From an uncultured Chloroflexia bacterium (GTDB taxonomy: Bacteria; Chloroflexota; Limnocylindria; Limnocylindrales; CSP1-4), in contig CAVPPB010000004.1 in NCBI GenBank assembly GCA_963707215.1, positions 32,001 to 96,000 on the forward strand: a DNA stretch of 64,000 nt. Reading direction: 5' to 3'. The notes beneath the pieces were generated by a model that was not told the DNA's origin, did not search any database, and was given only the letters and a program-made list of their open reading frames with translations. Made by a program: the position numbers and the translations under genes. Positions 14,138 through 24,716 of the stretch are shown piece by piece. Every line of letters starts with the position of its first letter. Within the stretch, counting starts at the first letter, position 1.

Positions 14138-14715
14138 CAGCCCCTGGGACTCCCGCCGGAACCGGTCTCGGCCAGGAATTCCTGGACCAGGCGGCGCTGG
14201 CGCTCGTCGTCCATCGATTCGCCGACGACCCGGCCGGCCGCGGCCAGGGCGAGGTCGGCGACCTCGGCCCGCAGATCGGCGATGGCCCGGTGCTTCTCGG
14301 CTTCGATGTCGGCGGAGGCCCGCGTCCGGAGCGCCTCGAGCTCCTTGCGGGTCGCGGCGATGTCGGCCTCGCGGCTCTCCTGTGACACCTTCTGGGCGCG
14401 GGCGATGATCTCGCTCGCCTCCCGTCGAGCCTCGGCGAGGGCGGCCAGGCGCTCCTGCTCCGCGCTCTCGCGATCCCGTCGCGCCTGCTCCGCGTCCTTC
14501 AACCCCTGCTCGATCCGCTCCCGGCGCTCGTTGAGCATCCGGGTGAGCGGACCCCAGGCGAACCAGGTGATGACGAAGAAGAAGAAGAGGAAGTTGAGCG
14601 ACGAGACGATGATCCAGAACAGGTTCAGCTGGAAGCCGCCGCCCTCCCCCTCGGCCTCGGCGGCCAGGGCGATGACGTCGGCGGCAACGCCGCCTGCGAC
14701 GGCGAGCAGGTCCAC
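14137..14715 (-). CDS. atpF: ATP synthase Fo b subunit
   Basis: Single TM followed by a charged coiled coil (ERRERIEQGLKDAE). Confidence 0.93.
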   Translation of the reverse strand: MDLLAVAGGVAADVIALAAEAEGEGGGFQLNLFWIIVSSLNFLFFFFVITWFAWGPLTRMLNERRERIEQGLKDAEQARRDRESAEQERLAALAEARREASEIIARAQKVSQESREADIAATRKELEALRTRASADIEAEKHRAIADLRAEVADLALAAAGRVVGESMDDERQRRLVQEFLAETGSGGSPRG

Positions 14716-14737
14716 GATCGTCTCCGAGGGTCGGTGA

Positions 14738-14962
14738 TCAGGCGGCGGCCGGGCTCAGGAAGATCGCCAGCAGGCCGACGACGACCGCGAGCACCCCGAG
14801 GCCTTCGGCGAACGCCGCGCCGAGGATGAACTGGAGGCGCATCGCCGGGGCAGCATCGGGGTTGCGGCCGATGGCGGCGTTGGTCATGCCGCCGAGGATG
14901 CCGATGCCGATGCCGGGGCCGATGACGCCGAGCGCCGCGAGGCCAGCTCCGAGCAGTTCCAT
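14738..14962 (-). CDS. atpE: ATP synthase Fo c subunit
   Basis: GxGxG helix, RNP loop and carboxylate in FAEG. Confidence 0.95.
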   Translation of the reverse strand: MELLGAGLAALGVIGPGIGIGILGGMTNAAIGRNPDAAPAMRLQFILGAAFAEGLGVLAVVVGLLAIFLSPAAA

Positions 14963-15013
14963 GGTCTGTCCGTTCCTCCTGGTTCGCTCCGGACCGCGCC
15001 GGAGCCACTGGGC

Positions 15014-16051
15014 CTAGGTGGTGGGGATCGCCTGCGCCGCATCGTATGCCGGATCCGAGAGCTCTCGAGCGGCATGTTCCTGCGCCGAGGCGTGCTCCTC
15101 CTCGTGGTGCGGCCCCTCGATGGCGAGGAGCGTGAACATGAGGGTGAGGAGGCTGAAGATGAGGGCCTGGACCACGTTGAGGATCAGTTCCAGGCCGTAG
15201 ATGGCGATCGGGACGATCGCGATGAGCAGTCCGGTGACGACCCCGAGGGCGACCTCGCCGCCGTAGATGTTGCCGAAGAGTCGCATGGCCAGGGTGAGCG
15301 GCTTGATGAACTCGAGCAGGAACTCGATCACCCCGACGAACAGGCCGATGAGGCCGGCCCCGATCCCGCGCCGGAACTCCCCGAGCGGGAAGAACTTGCC
15401 GAGGTAGCCAAGCACCCCGAGCGAACGGACGCCCTCGACATGGAAGATCACGAAGCTCACGAGAGCGAGGCCGACGGTGATGTTGACGTCGCTCGTGGGC
15501 GCCCGCAGGAACTCGACCTTGCCGATGACCGGCATCAGGCCGCTCCAGTTCGAGAACAGGATGTAGACGAAGAGCGAGGCGAAGAGCGGCACGTAACGGA
15601 TGGCCGCCGGGCCGCCGATGCCCTCAGCGAACGAGTACAGGCCGCCGTAGAGCCACTCGATCGCGTTCTGCTTCTTGCTGGGCATGAGCGTCAGGCCGCG
15701 GGTCAGCACGAACGCCACGACCAGCAGGACGGCGATGATCAGCCAGCTGGTGAAGATCGTCGACGAGATCGTGAAGTCGACGACGACGAGGCCATCCGGC
15801 GCGTGGGCACCGGGCGGGAAGATCACGTGCGGGGCCACCGGCTCGAGGTTCTTCTTGATGGCGTCGGCCGGGTAGGTCGCGTCGGCTCCCGGCTCCGCCG
15901 CGGGCATACCGATGAACAGGAAGGCCAGGACGTCGAGGACGATGACGACGACCGCCAGGATGGCGATCGGCCGGAAGGACGGCCGACGGGTCGTCGCCTC
16001 GAGCTCCGTCTCGATCGGGTCGCTGGTCGCGGTGGTCGGCTCGGTCGCCAA
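15014..16051 (-). CDS. atpB: ATP synthase Fo a subunit
   Basis: Motifs NWSGLMP, RAPTSD, LAMRLFGNI.GGE and VQALIF. Confidence 0.95.
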   Translation of the reverse strand: MATEPTTATSDPIETELEATTRRPSFRPIAILAVVVIVLDVLAFLFIGMPAAEPGADATYPADAIKKNLEPVAPHVIFPPGAHAPDGLVVVDFTISSTIFTSWLIIAVLLVVAFVLTRGLTLMPSKKQNAIEWLYGGLYSFAEGIGGPAAIRYVPLFASLFVYILFSNWSGLMPVIGKVEFLRAPTSDVNITVGLALVSFVIFHVEGVRSLGVLGYLGKFFPLGEFRRGIGAGLIGLFVGVIEFLLEFIKPLTLAMRLFGNIYGGEVALGVVTGLLIAIVPIAIYGLELILNVVQALIFSLLTLMFTLLAIEGPHHEEEHASAQEHAARELSDPAYDAAQAIPTT

Positions 16052-16094
16052 GCGGGGGTCTCTCCACGCGCAGAACGCGGCGTGTCCGCCGCGC

Positions 16095-16317
16095 TCAGTC
16101 GAAATCTTGCCATGAACCTGGCGATGAGTCGGTACACGGCCAGGCCGCCGATGGTCAGCCCGACCAGGAAGCCGACGAGGACGAAGACCGGGAGCGTTCC
16201 GAGGGTCCCGTCCAGCCAGTATCCGGCGAGCACACCCGCCAGGACGACGACGAGGAACACGAACCCGATCTGGCTGAAGAGGACGACGTAAGCCGCGACC
16301 GATCCGAGCCCGCTCAT
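16095..16317 (-). CDS. AtpZ/AtpI-family small membrane protein, probable 1-nt insertion just before the stop
   Basis: MSGLGSVAAY...GYWLDGTLGTLP with two TM segments, first gene of the atp operon. Removing one A near 16102 gives ...ARFD* at 16095. Confidence 0.8.
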
Positions 16318-16341
16318 CCGGTCCCTAACGAGCGCGCCGGG

Positions 16342-16350
16342 AGTATAGCA
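16342..16350 (-). promoter_or_regulatory. Extended -10 promoter (TGcTATACT) of the atp operon
   Basis: Reverse complement of agtatagca, about 25 nt upstream of the atpZ start. Confidence 0.65.
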
Positions 16351-16419
16351 GGCGGGCCGCGCGAGCCGCAGGCGGGCATCCGCGGCCGGGTCGGCGACCC
16401 GGGAAGCCCATGCCACCGT

Positions 16420-17247
16420 TCACGGCGTCGGCGTCGGCGTCGGGTCCGGCGACGGCTCGACGCTCGGCTCCGGGCTCGGGTCCTGGCTCGGCGCGGGACT
16501 AGGCTCCGACGTCGGCTCCACGGTCGGCTCCACCGAGGCGGACGGGCTTGGCTCGACCGACGGAGCGGCGGTCGGGGTGGAGGTCGGGCGCGGCGTCGGA
16601 CGTGGTGTCGGGCGCGGGGTGGGACGTGGCGTGGCCGTGGGCCCGTTCGCAGGTGGCGCGGAGGCCGTCGATGACGGAGACGGGATCGCGCTCCCGAGCG
16701 GCGACGAGCTGACATCCGGACTCGGCTCGCTGGTGGGCTCCGCGGTCGCCTCGGACGAAGCCGAGCCGGCCGGGGCCACGGTCGCGGCCGGGCTCCCCCC
16801 GGCATCCTCGGGGGCCGAGGTCGCGCCCAGGACACCCTCCCCGGGAACCGGTCCGCCGGGCAGGGCGATGATGGCCAGGGCGAGTGCCGATCCGAGCATC
16901 ATCACGACGGCGGTGTCGCGCCGCAGGCGAGCCCGCGGGTCGGGTGGAGGCTCCGCCGGCCGTCGCGCGAGGGCGGTCATGGCGGCACCCGAGACGACCA
17001 GCCGGCGAGGCTGGACGATCCGCGGCCCATCATCCGGCTCCGCGACTGCGGAGGCCGCGGCCGGTCGCCGCAACCGCGCCGAGATAGCGGCGGCGATGCC
17101 CGTGCCCGGCAATGGCGGCCGAGCCTGCGAGCGACGCCAGAGCCAGTCGTGCCGGAGGACCCAGAGCCCCGCCAGCAGGGCCGCGGCCAGCACCAGGACG
17201 ATGATCAGCTCAAGCGACACGTTGGCTCCGGAACGGGGGCCGGGCAC
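16420..17247 (-). CDS. Hypothetical membrane protein with a Pro/Thr/Ser-rich C-terminal tail
   Basis: Two hydrophobic segments and PTPR/EPSP low-complexity repeats. The start may be GTG 17220. Confidence 0.65.
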   Translation of the reverse strand: MPGPRSGANVSLELIIVLVLAAALLAGLWVLRHDWLWRRSQARPPLPGTGIAAAISARLRRPAAASAVAEPDDGPRIVQPRRLVVSGAAMTALARRPAEPPPDPRARLRRDTAVVMMLGSALALAIIALPGGPVPGEGVLGATSAPEDAGGSPAATVAPAGSASSEATAEPTSEPSPDVSSSPLGSAIPSPSSTASAPPANGPTATPRPTPRPTPRPTPRPTSTPTAAPSVEPSPSASVEPTVEPTSEPSPAPSQDPSPEPSVEPSPDPTPTPTP

Positions 17248-17314
17248 GGGTGGTCCCGCTTCGAACCGATGCTACCGCACGACCCGCGACCGTCGGGATC
17301 GACGTCGTCGGTCG

Positions 17315-18514
17315 TCAGGATCCCCGGTCGGTCGGGGCCGGGCCGGGTCTTGCGTCTACGCCCGGCGTCCGGTCCTCAGCGGCGTCCCCGTTCGCGCCCG
17401 GCCTCTCATCGGCGCCGACCTCCTCATATGAGGCGGCCCGCAGCTCATCGGCGACGAGCGATCGGCGCGCCAGGAAGAAGAGGCCCAGCCCGAGGATCAC
17501 CAACAGGCCGAGGAACGCATAGATCTGCCCGGTCCCGGAGAGGAGCAGCGACAGCAGGGCCAGGGCGCCGCAGATCGCGTAGATGAGCAGGACGGTCTGG
17601 GTGTGCGAGAGGCCCAGGTCGAGCAGACGGTGGTGGATGTGGCCTCGGTCGGGACTGAAGGGAGCCCGACCACCGGCCAGGCGGCGGACGATGATCCAGA
17701 AGGTGTCGATGATCGGGACGCCCAGAACGAGCAGCGCGACCGCCACCTTGGCCGTCCCGAGGACCGCCAGTACGGCCAGGGTGAAGCCGAGGAACATCGT
17801 CCCGCTCGTGCCGGCGAAGATCGTGGCCGGGTGGAAGTTCCAGCGCAGGAACCCGAGCAGGGCCCCGGCCAGGGCGAAGCAGAGCACGGCGATGAGCGGC
17901 TGGCCGATGGTCGTCGTCAGGCTGATGATCCCCAGCGTCACCGCGGCGATGATGCCGATGCCCGTCGAGAGGCCGTCAAGCCCGTCGATGAAGTTGACGC
18001 TGTTGATCATCCCGACGATCCAGAACACCGTGAAGCCGACCGCCAACCAGCCGTCCAGGACGATGATGCCGCCGAGTGGCGCGTTGATAAAGCCGACCTC
18101 GATACCGAGAGCGACCGCCCAGACGGCCAAGCCGACCTGGCCCAGGAGCTGCCAGCGGGCCCGGAGCTGGAGGTAGTCGTCGATCAGCCCGATGAGGGCC
18201 GCGAGCGCCGCCCCGCCGAGCAGGGCGATGAGCTCGGGAGCGCCGACGAAGGTGGGGACCGGGACCAGCAGCAGCCGGTCGTTGACGACGATCACCCCCA
18301 GGGCGACGAGGATGAACGACGCAGCCGTGGCCAGGCCGCCGGCCCTGGGGACGGGGTCCACGTTGACCCGGCGGGCCTCCGGCTCGTCGACCATCCCGAG
18401 CCGGATGACCGTCCGCCGCACGATCGGCGTCAGGACGAGCGCCAGCAACGCGGCCACGACGAGCGCCCCGACGATCAGCGGCAGACTGTCGCTGGCCGAG
18501 GCGATGAACCTCAC
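17315..18514 (-). CDS. MraY/WecA/TagO-family undecaprenyl-phosphate sugar-1-phosphate transferase
   Basis: Motifs GLIDD, NSVNFIDGLDGL, NFHPATIF and DRGHIHHRL (WecA-type HHH). Confidence 0.9.
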   Translation of the reverse strand: MRFIASASDSLPLIVGALVVAALLALVLTPIVRRTVIRLGMVDEPEARRVNVDPVPRAGGLATAASFILVALGVIVVNDRLLLVPVPTFVGAPELIALLGGAALAALIGLIDDYLQLRARWQLLGQVGLAVWAVALGIEVGFINAPLGGIIVLDGWLAVGFTVFWIVGMINSVNFIDGLDGLSTGIGIIAAVTLGIISLTTTIGQPLIAVLCFALAGALLGFLRWNFHPATIFAGTSGTMFLGFTLAVLAVLGTAKVAVALLVLGVPIIDTFWIIVRRLAGGRAPFSPDRGHIHHRLLDLGLSHTQTVLLIYAICGALALLSLLLSGTGQIYAFLGLLVILGLGLFFLARRSLVADELRAASYEEVGADERPGANGDAAEDRTPGVDARPGPAPTDRGS

Positions 18515-18566
18515 CGTTCCCGCTCCCGCGACCCGGTCGGCGTCAGCGACTCGCGGCGGGTCGCGC

Positions 18567-19898
18567 TCACGTCTCCCGGAGGCCAGGGACCGGGAAGCGA
18601 TCGGTGATCGCCCGCGCCTCGGCGGCGAGCCGATCGAGCGCGGCGTCGTCGTCCCGGGAGCGGATGGCCTCGACGATGATCCGGGCTACGTCGCGCATCT
18701 CCTCCAGGCCGAAGCCGCGGGTCGTGGTGGCCGGCGTGCCCAGGCGTATGCCCGACGCGACGTTCGGCGGGTTCTGGTCGAAGGGGATGGCGTTCTTGTT
18801 GACCGAGATCGCGATCCGCTCGTCGAGGAGGCGTTCCGCCTCGACCCCGGTGACCCCGAGCGGCGTCACGTCGACCAGGACCAGGTGGTTATCGGTGCCG
18901 CCCGACACGACCCTGGCCCCGGCCTCCGCGAGCGCTTCGGCCAGGGCGCGGGCGTTCGCCACGACAGCCTGCTGATAGTCACGGAAGGACGGCTCGAGGG
19001 CAAGCTTGAAGCCGACCGCCTTGCCGGCCAGGACGTGCATGAGGGGCCCGCCCTGGGCGCCCGGGAAGACGCTCTTGTCGATCGCGGTCGCCAGCGAGCC
19101 GCGGACCATCGGGTAGTCGGCCGGATCGACGTCGGGCGGCAGGTCGCGTCGGCTGAAGACCAGGCCGCCCCTGGCGCCTCGCAGCGTCTTGTGGGTCGTC
19201 GACGTCACGATGTCGCCGTGGGGGAACGGGCTCGGATGGACCCCGCCGGCGACGAGGCCGGCGATGTGAGCCATGTCCACGAGCAGCAGGGCGCCGACAT
19301 CGTGGGCGATCACGGCGAGCCGCTCGAAGTCCCACGCCCGCGGGTACGCCGAGGCGCCACCGATGATCAGGCGGGGCCGAACAGCGCGAGCCCGCGCCTC
19401 CAGCACGTCGTAGTCGATCCGCTCGGTCTCGCGCTCGACGCCGTAGGCATGGACCTCGTAGAGCCGACCGCTGAAGTTGACCGGCGACCCGTGGGTCAGG
19501 TGTCCACCGTGGGCCAGGTCCATGCCCAGGATCCGGTCGCCGGGCCGAAGGACCGCGAAGTAGGCTGCCATGTTGGCCTGGGCACCGGAGTGGGGCTGGA
19601 CGTTCACGTGCTCCGAGCCGGGGAAGAGGGCGAGGGCGCGCTCCTGGGCGAGCCGCTCGGCGACGTCCACGTACTCGCAGCCGGCGTAGTAGCGACGGCC
19701 GGGCAGACCCTCGGCGTACTTGTTCGTCAACCAGGAACCCTGGGCCTCCATGACGGCCGCCGGGGCGTAGTTCTCCGAGGCGATGAGCTCGATGTTGCGG
19801 TGCTGGCGGCGGCGCTCGGCCACCAGGGCGTCCCAGAGGTCGGGGTCAACGTCGGCCACGCTCGCCCAGGCCGTTCCGGTCGCCGTCGTGGCGGTCAT
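18567..19898 (-). CDS. glyA: Serine hydroxymethyltransferase
   Basis: Motifs LIASEN, NKYAEG, GGHLTHG and TTHKTLRG. Start at ATG 19898 after GGAGG. Confidence 0.97.
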   Translation of the reverse strand: MTATTATGTAWASVADVDPDLWDALVAERRRQHRNIELIASENYAPAAVMEAQGSWLTNKYAEGLPGRRYYAGCEYVDVAERLAQERALALFPGSEHVNVQPHSGAQANMAAYFAVLRPGDRILGMDLAHGGHLTHGSPVNFSGRLYEVHAYGVERETERIDYDVLEARARAVRPRLIIGGASAYPRAWDFERLAVIAHDVGALLLVDMAHIAGLVAGGVHPSPFPHGDIVTSTTHKTLRGARGGLVFSRRDLPPDVDPADYPMVRGSLATAIDKSVFPGAQGGPLMHVLAGKAVGFKLALEPSFRDYQQAVVANARALAEALAEAGARVVSGGTDNHLVLVDVTPLGVTGVEAERLLDERIAISVNKNAIPFDQNPPNVASGIRLGTPATTTRGFGLEEMRDVARIIVEAIRSRDDDAALDRLAAEARAITDRFPVPGLRET

Positions 19899-20027
19899 GG
19901 GTCGGTCTCCTCCAAGCCGAAGGCCCGGCGACCCGACCATGTCAGGCTGGCCTGTGATGCGGCCGCGGGTCGTCGTCGGCGTCGCGGCCTATCGTCCCAC
20001 ACCGACGCCGCCGGTGAGCAGGGCGCA

Positions 20028-21047
20028 TCAGCCCGGCCGGGCCGACTCCGCCTCGTGCAGCTCCCCATCGTCCAGCTCCGCCCTGGCGTTCTCCCGGGCT
20101 GCCGCCCCTTCCTCGAGCCAGCGGGCCATGTTGCGGGTCACCGCAGTCGGCGACGCCAGGACCAGGTCCTCGATCAGGCGAGCCGCGCCCTCGTCCTCGA
20201 GGGGCGGTGGATGGTACCTGGCGAGCCGGCGGACTTCGGCGGGCGCGCTGGGCATGGCGGCGCCGTGGCCGACGGCCCGGATCATCTCGGCGTCGTTCCA
20301 CTGGTCGCCGATGGCGAGCGCCTGGGACAGGGGGACGTCTCTCCGTCGAGCCAGCCGAGTCAGCGCACGCGCCTTTGAGACGCCCGGGGCGACGAACTCG
20401 AGGAATCGAGGATGGCTGAGGGTGACCTCAGCGCGACCTGCGAAGGCGGCCCGGCCCGCCGCCAGGAGCCCCGGGGCGACCTTCGGGTCGCCGACCGAGA
20501 TCACCTTGGTCACCGGCCGCCGGATGGCTCCCTCCAGGTCGGGCACGAAGGTCGCCCGCGCCCCGAGGAACGACGAGTAGTCGTCGGCCCGGGGATCGTC
20601 GGCCGGCAGGATGAACCGCTCGAGGTGGTTGACGTGGGGCTCGAGACCGTTGGCCCGGCTCCAGCGGATCGCCGCGCGGGCGACGTCGGCGGCCAGTGGC
20701 GTGTGGGCGATGATGCGACCGACGGGACGGACCGCGCCGCCGCGCGCCCTGGCGCCGGGTCCGGGCATCTCGCGGATGAGGGCCCCCTGGAAGGCGACGA
20801 TCGGGTCGCGGATCCCCAGGGCCTCGGCGAAGACCACCGCGCTCGAGGCCATCCGGCCCGTGGCAAGCGAGACGGCGACCCCTCGATCGACGGCCGCCCG
20901 GACCGCGTCACGGGTGCGGTCGCGGAGGAGCAGATCATCGCCGACGAGCGTGCCGTCGATATCGAGGGCGATCAGGCGGATCGGCAGTCGTGGCTCGGGC
21001 CCCGGGTCCATCGCCGTGGCGGGGCGGGCTCGCGATGCGGCGGTCAA
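20028..21047 (-). CDS. Cof-type HAD-IIB hydrolase
   Basis: Motifs DIDGTL, ATGR, SKA and IGDQWND. Confidence 0.9.
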   Translation of the reverse strand: MTAASRARPATAMDPGPEPRLPIRLIALDIDGTLVGDDLLLRDRTRDAVRAAVDRGVAVSLATGRMASSAVVFAEALGIRDPIVAFQGALIREMPGPGARARGGAVRPVGRIIAHTPLAADVARAAIRWSRANGLEPHVNHLERFILPADDPRADDYSSFLGARATFVPDLEGAIRRPVTKVISVGDPKVAPGLLAAGRAAFAGRAEVTLSHPRFLEFVAPGVSKARALTRLARRRDVPLSQALAIGDQWNDAEMIRAVGHGAAMPSAPAEVRRLARYHPPPLEDEGAARLIEDLVLASPTAVTRNMARWLEEGAAARENARAELDDGELHEAESARPG

Positions 21048-21940
21048 CCCGGACGCCTGACCCGGGCGACGCGCGGCAGGTCGGCGAGATCCCGCTCGAC
21101 CGTGCAGCGCCAGCCCGGCAGCACCGACGCGACCGCGGCAACGACGCCGTCTTCCTGGTCGGCCCCGATCTCGAGCAGGGCGACGCCGTCGATGGCCAGG
21201 TGGCGACGGAGGCGCTCCAGGAGCGCCCGGATGACGGCCAGACCATCTTCGCCGCCGTCGAGGGCCGCGGCCGGCTCGTAGGCCGTGGGGCGCGGCAGCG
21301 AGGCCATGGCGTCGGACCGCACGTAGGGCAGGTTCGCCATCACCACGTCGTAGGCGACGTCATCGGGCGGCAGCAGGTCGGCGACCAGGAGACGGACCGA
21401 GTCGGCCAGGACGTGGCTGACCACGTTCTCGGCGGCCACCCCCAGGGCGTCCGGCGAGACATCCGTCGCCAATATCGTCACGTCCTCGAGCATCCGTCGG
21501 CGACGGAGATCCACGGCCACGGCCACGGCCACCGCCCCGCTGCCGGTGCCGACGTCGACGAGCCGCAGCGGCGGGGTCCCGGGCGGCCGGGGAGCGGCCG
21601 TTAGCCGGGCCACCACCTCGGCGGCAGCAAGGTCCACGAGCCGCTCCGTCTCGGGCCTGGGGATCAGGACGCGCGGATCGACGCTGAGGGCGAGACCGTG
21701 GAACTCCTTGACACCCCGGATGTAGGCGACCGGCTCGCCCGCCTCGCGCCGGGCGATCAGCTCGCGGTAGGCCGCCGCGGCTGCCTCGCCGACCGGGGCC
21801 TCCCCGTGGGCCACCATCCGGGTCCGGTCCAGATCGAGGACGTGGCCGAGCAGCAGCTCCGCGTCGAGCCGGGGTGTCTCGGTGACCGTCCCGCGGAGGG
21901 CCGCGGTGCCCTCGGCCAGCAGCTCGGCGAGGGTCGTCAT
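21044..21940 (-). CDS. prmC: Release factor glutamine methyltransferase
   Basis: Motifs GEPVAYI, LIPRPETE, DVGTGSG and NLPY. Lies directly downstream of prfA. Confidence 0.95.
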   Translation of the reverse strand: MTTLAELLAEGTAALRGTVTETPRLDAELLLGHVLDLDRTRMVAHGEAPVGEAAAAAYRELIARREAGEPVAYIRGVKEFHGLALSVDPRVLIPRPETERLVDLAAAEVVARLTAAPRPPGTPPLRLVDVGTGSGAVAVAVAVDLRRRRMLEDVTILATDVSPDALGVAAENVVSHVLADSVRLLVADLLPPDDVAYDVVMANLPYVRSDAMASLPRPTAYEPAAALDGGEDGLAVIRALLERLRRHLAIDGVALLEIGADQEDGVVAAVASVLPGWRCTVERDLADLPRVARVRRPG

Positions 21941-21948
21941 CGGGCGGC

Positions 21949-23052
21949 TCAGGCGACCCCGGCGGGCTCGGACTCGAGCAGCGCCGCCAGTCGGTCGGCC
22001 TGGTCGGCCGTGGTCAGCGCATCGATCATCTCGTCGAGATCGCCCTCGAGGAAGCCGGGCAGGTCGTACAGGTCCTTGCCGATGCGATGGTCGGTGATGC
22101 GGTTCTGCGGGTAGTTGTAGGTCCGGATCTTGTCGGAGCGGTCACCCGACCCGATCATCGACCGGCGGGCTGCCGAGCCCTCCGCGCGCTGACGGATCAT
22201 CTCCTGCTCGTAGAGCCGGGCCCGCAGGACGGCGAGCGCCTTGGCCTTGTTCTTGTGCTGGCTCTTCTCGTCCTGGATCTCGACGACGAGGCCGGTCGGC
22301 AGGTGGGTGATCCTGACCGCCGAATTGGTCGTGTTGACCGACTGGCCCCCGGGTCCGGACGCCCGCTTCACGTCGATCCGGAGGTCCTTCTCCTCGTCGA
22401 TCGCCACGTCGACCTCCTCGGCCTCCGGCATGACGACGACCGTGACGGTCGAGGTGTGGATCCGGCCGGACGATTCGGTGACGGGAACGCGCTGGACGCG
22501 GTGGACGCCGCCCTCGAACTTGAGGCGGCTGTAGGCACCGACCCCGCCCACGCGGACGATGGCCTCCTTGGTGCCGCCGATGCCCGTCTCGTTGAGGCTC
22601 ATCAGCTCGGCCCGCCATCGCTGGCGCTCGGCATAGCGCAGGTACATCCTGGTGAGCTCGCTGGCGAAGAGGGCGGCCTCGTCGCCGCCGGCGCCGGCCC
22701 GGATCTCGATGATCACGTCACGGTCGTCGTTGGGGTCGCGCGGCAGGACCAGCAGCCGGAGGCGATCGAGCAGCTCGGCCTCGCGGGCCTCGAGCCGGTC
22801 GGCTTCCTCGCGGGCCATGGCCCGGAGCTCGTCGTCGCTCTCCGCCTCACGCATCTGGTGGGCGCCCGCCAGCTCATCCCGGGTCCGCTCGAGGTCGCGG
22901 TAGGCGGCGACGATCGGCTCGAGCCGGGCCAACTCCTGGCCGAGCCGCCGGATCGCCGTGGGGTCGGACGCGACCGCTGGGTCGGCCAACTGCGCCTGAA
23001 CGTCCTCGTGCTGGCGAGCGACCTCGGCCAGGCGTTCGTCGAGCCCCTTCAC
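21949..23052 (-). CDS. prfA: Peptide chain release factor 1
   Basis: PVT specificity motif, GGQ motif and IRTYN. Confidence 0.97.
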   Translation of the reverse strand: MKGLDERLAEVARQHEDVQAQLADPAVASDPTAIRRLGQELARLEPIVAAYRDLERTRDELAGAHQMREAESDDELRAMAREEADRLEAREAELLDRLRLLVLPRDPNDDRDVIIEIRAGAGGDEAALFASELTRMYLRYAERQRWRAELMSLNETGIGGTKEAIVRVGGVGAYSRLKFEGGVHRVQRVPVTESSGRIHTSTVTVVVMPEAEEVDVAIDEEKDLRIDVKRASGPGGQSVNTTNSAVRITHLPTGLVVEIQDEKSQHKNKAKALAVLRARLYEQEMIRQRAEGSAARRSMIGSGDRSDKIRTYNYPQNRITDHRIGKDLYDLPGFLEGDLDEMIDALTTADQADRLAALLESEPAGVA

Positions 23053-23056
23053 GGGT

Positions 23057-24046
23057 TCACCCGTCGGGCGGGGGGTCGGCGGGTGCCTGCGGAGCCGGGG
23101 CCGGGGCGCCCGTCTCGACCTCCCTGCCCTGCAGGACGAGGGGCGAGCGCGGCAGATCGGCCGAGCCGGCGGGGACCTCGGCGCCGTCGGCCTGAAGCGC
23201 CTGTTCCATCGAGACGATGGCGACCTCGATCATGTCGTCGGTCGGCTGCTTGGTGGTGATCCGCTGGACCAGGATCCCCGGCCACATCAGGGCGGCGACG
23301 ATCGGGTTGGACCGATAGCGGGCCCCCAGGCGCAGCAGCTCATAGGAGATCGAGGCGATGACCGGGATCAGCAGGATCCGGCTGGCGACCATGACCAGCG
23401 GGGCCTGCCGGCCGACGAAGGCGAAGGCGACGATCGACACGAGGATGACGACGACGAGGAACTCGGTCCCGCAGCGGGGGTGGGCCGTCGGGTACTTGCG
23501 GATCTCATCGGTCGTCAGCGCGTCGCCATGCTCGTAGGCATGGATCGTCATGTGCTCGGCGCCGTGGTACTGGAAGACCCGGCGGATGTCCGGCGTCCTC
23601 GAGATCAGGGCCAGGTAGCCGATGAAGATGGCGGCTCGGAAGACGCCCTCGGCAAGATGTTGGACCAGCTCGTTGTCGATCCAGCCGAACAGCAGGCTCG
23701 CTCCGAGCAGCGGCGTCAGGAAGAAGATGACGACGCCGAGCAGGAGCGTCAGGCCGAGCATCAGGGCGACCGCACCCTTGCCCAGCTCCACGCCTTCGCC
23801 TTCGGCCTGCAGCGAGGCCGAGCGGATCAGCCAGCGGGTCCCGACCACGAGCGTCTCGTAGAGGACGACCAGCCCGCGGACGAACGGCAGCTTGGCCCAC
23901 CGGGTCTCACGGAAGCCGCCGCGCAGCGCCTCCTGCGACCAGACGATGCCCCCGTCGGGGTGTCGGAAGGCGACCGCGATCGAGTCCCGACCGCGCATGA
24001 GCACGCCTTCGATGAGCGCCTGACCGCCGTAGTTGAACCGTGCCAT
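23057..24046 (-). CDS. DUF1385 (YqhQ-like) membrane protein
   Basis: Motifs GGQALIEGVLMR, FQYHGAEH and HPRCGT, in the usual rpmE-DUF1385-prfA order. Confidence 0.9.
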   Translation of the reverse strand: MARFNYGGQALIEGVLMRGRDSIAVAFRHPDGGIVWSQEALRGGFRETRWAKLPFVRGLVVLYETLVVGTRWLIRSASLQAEGEGVELGKGAVALMLGLTLLLGVVIFFLTPLLGASLLFGWIDNELVQHLAEGVFRAAIFIGYLALISRTPDIRRVFQYHGAEHMTIHAYEHGDALTTDEIRKYPTAHPRCGTEFLVVVILVSIVAFAFVGRQAPLVMVASRILLIPVIASISYELLRLGARYRSNPIVAALMWPGILVQRITTKQPTDDMIEVAIVSMEQALQADGAEVPAGSADLPRSPLVLQGREVETGAPAPAPQAPADPPPDG

Positions 24047-24098
24047 GGGGGCAGTCTACCCGGCGTGCCGCAGCGGGCCATCGGGGCCGGGAACGCGA

Positions 24099-24120
24099 CG
24101 GCGGGCCCGTCGGCCCGCCG
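24099..24120 (-). terminator. GC hairpin downstream of rpmE
   Basis: CGGCGGGCC-cgtc-GGCCCGCCG. Confidence 0.45.
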
Positions 24121-24150
24121 CTGGGTCGCCGATCCGGCCTCGCCGGGGTC

Positions 24151-24363
24151 CTATGAGCGGGCCTGCCGTTCCAGGCGGCGCTGGAAGCGCTCGACCTGGC
24201 CGGCCGTGTCGATGATCGTCTGCTTGCCGGTGAAGAACGGGTGGCAGCTGCTGCAGACGTCGACCCGAAGCTCGGATCGGGTGGAGCCCACGGTGAACTC
24301 CGTGCCGCAGGACGCACAGTGGACCTGCGCGTCGTGGTACTTGGGGTGGATGTCGGCCTTCAC
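24151..24363 (-). CDS. rpmE: 50S ribosomal protein L31, Zn-binding type
   Basis: MKADIHPKY...CASCG...[10 protein letters not shown]. Confidence 0.97.
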   Translation of the reverse strand: MKADIHPKYHDAQVHCASCGTEFTVGSTRSELRVDVCSSCHPFFTGKQTIIDTAGQVERFQRRLERQARS

Positions 24364-24444
24364 GGGTCTCTCCTGCGGCGCCGTCCGATCGGGGTCACGG
24401 TGCCCCGCCGGTGGTCGCCCGCCTCGGCGTGCGGGGGTTGCGGG

Positions 24445-24711
24445 TCAGGCCGAGGCCTCGACCGCCTCCACCCGGACGCGCTTCTTGTCCTTGGTCGCGT
24501 GCTCGAAGCGGACGTGGCCGGTCACCGTCGCGAAGACGGTGTAGTCGCGGCCGAGCCCGGCGCCCTGGCCGGCCAGGAAGGTCATGCCGCGCTGGCGGAC
24601 GATGATCGAGCCGGCCGGGACGAGCTGACCGTCGCCGGCCTTGACGCCCAACCGCTGACCGACCGAGTCGCGGCCGTTCTTGGAGCTGGAGCCTGCCTTC
24701 TTGTGGGCCAT
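24445..24711 (-). CDS. rpmA: 50S ribosomal protein L27
   Basis: [16 protein letters not shown]...IIVRQRG, start at ATG 24711. Confidence 0.97.
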   Translation of the reverse strand: MAHKKAGSSSKNGRDSVGQRLGVKAGDGQLVPAGSIIVRQRGMTFLAGQGAGLGRDYTVFATVTGHVRFEHATKDKKRVRVEAVEASA

Positions 24712-24716
24712 CGGGG

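Noticed and set aside
14738-14962. Na+-coupled ATP synthase
   Set aside because: The c subunit has FAEG without the E-S/T and Q residues of the Na+ signature, which is consistent with H+ coupling.
16420-16640. Short tandem repeats as a DNA element
   Set aside because: They are degenerate at DNA level and simply encode a Pro/Thr-rich linker.
19899-20027. ZTP or glycine riboswitch upstream of glyA
   Set aside because: I could not match the conserved riboswitch motifs.
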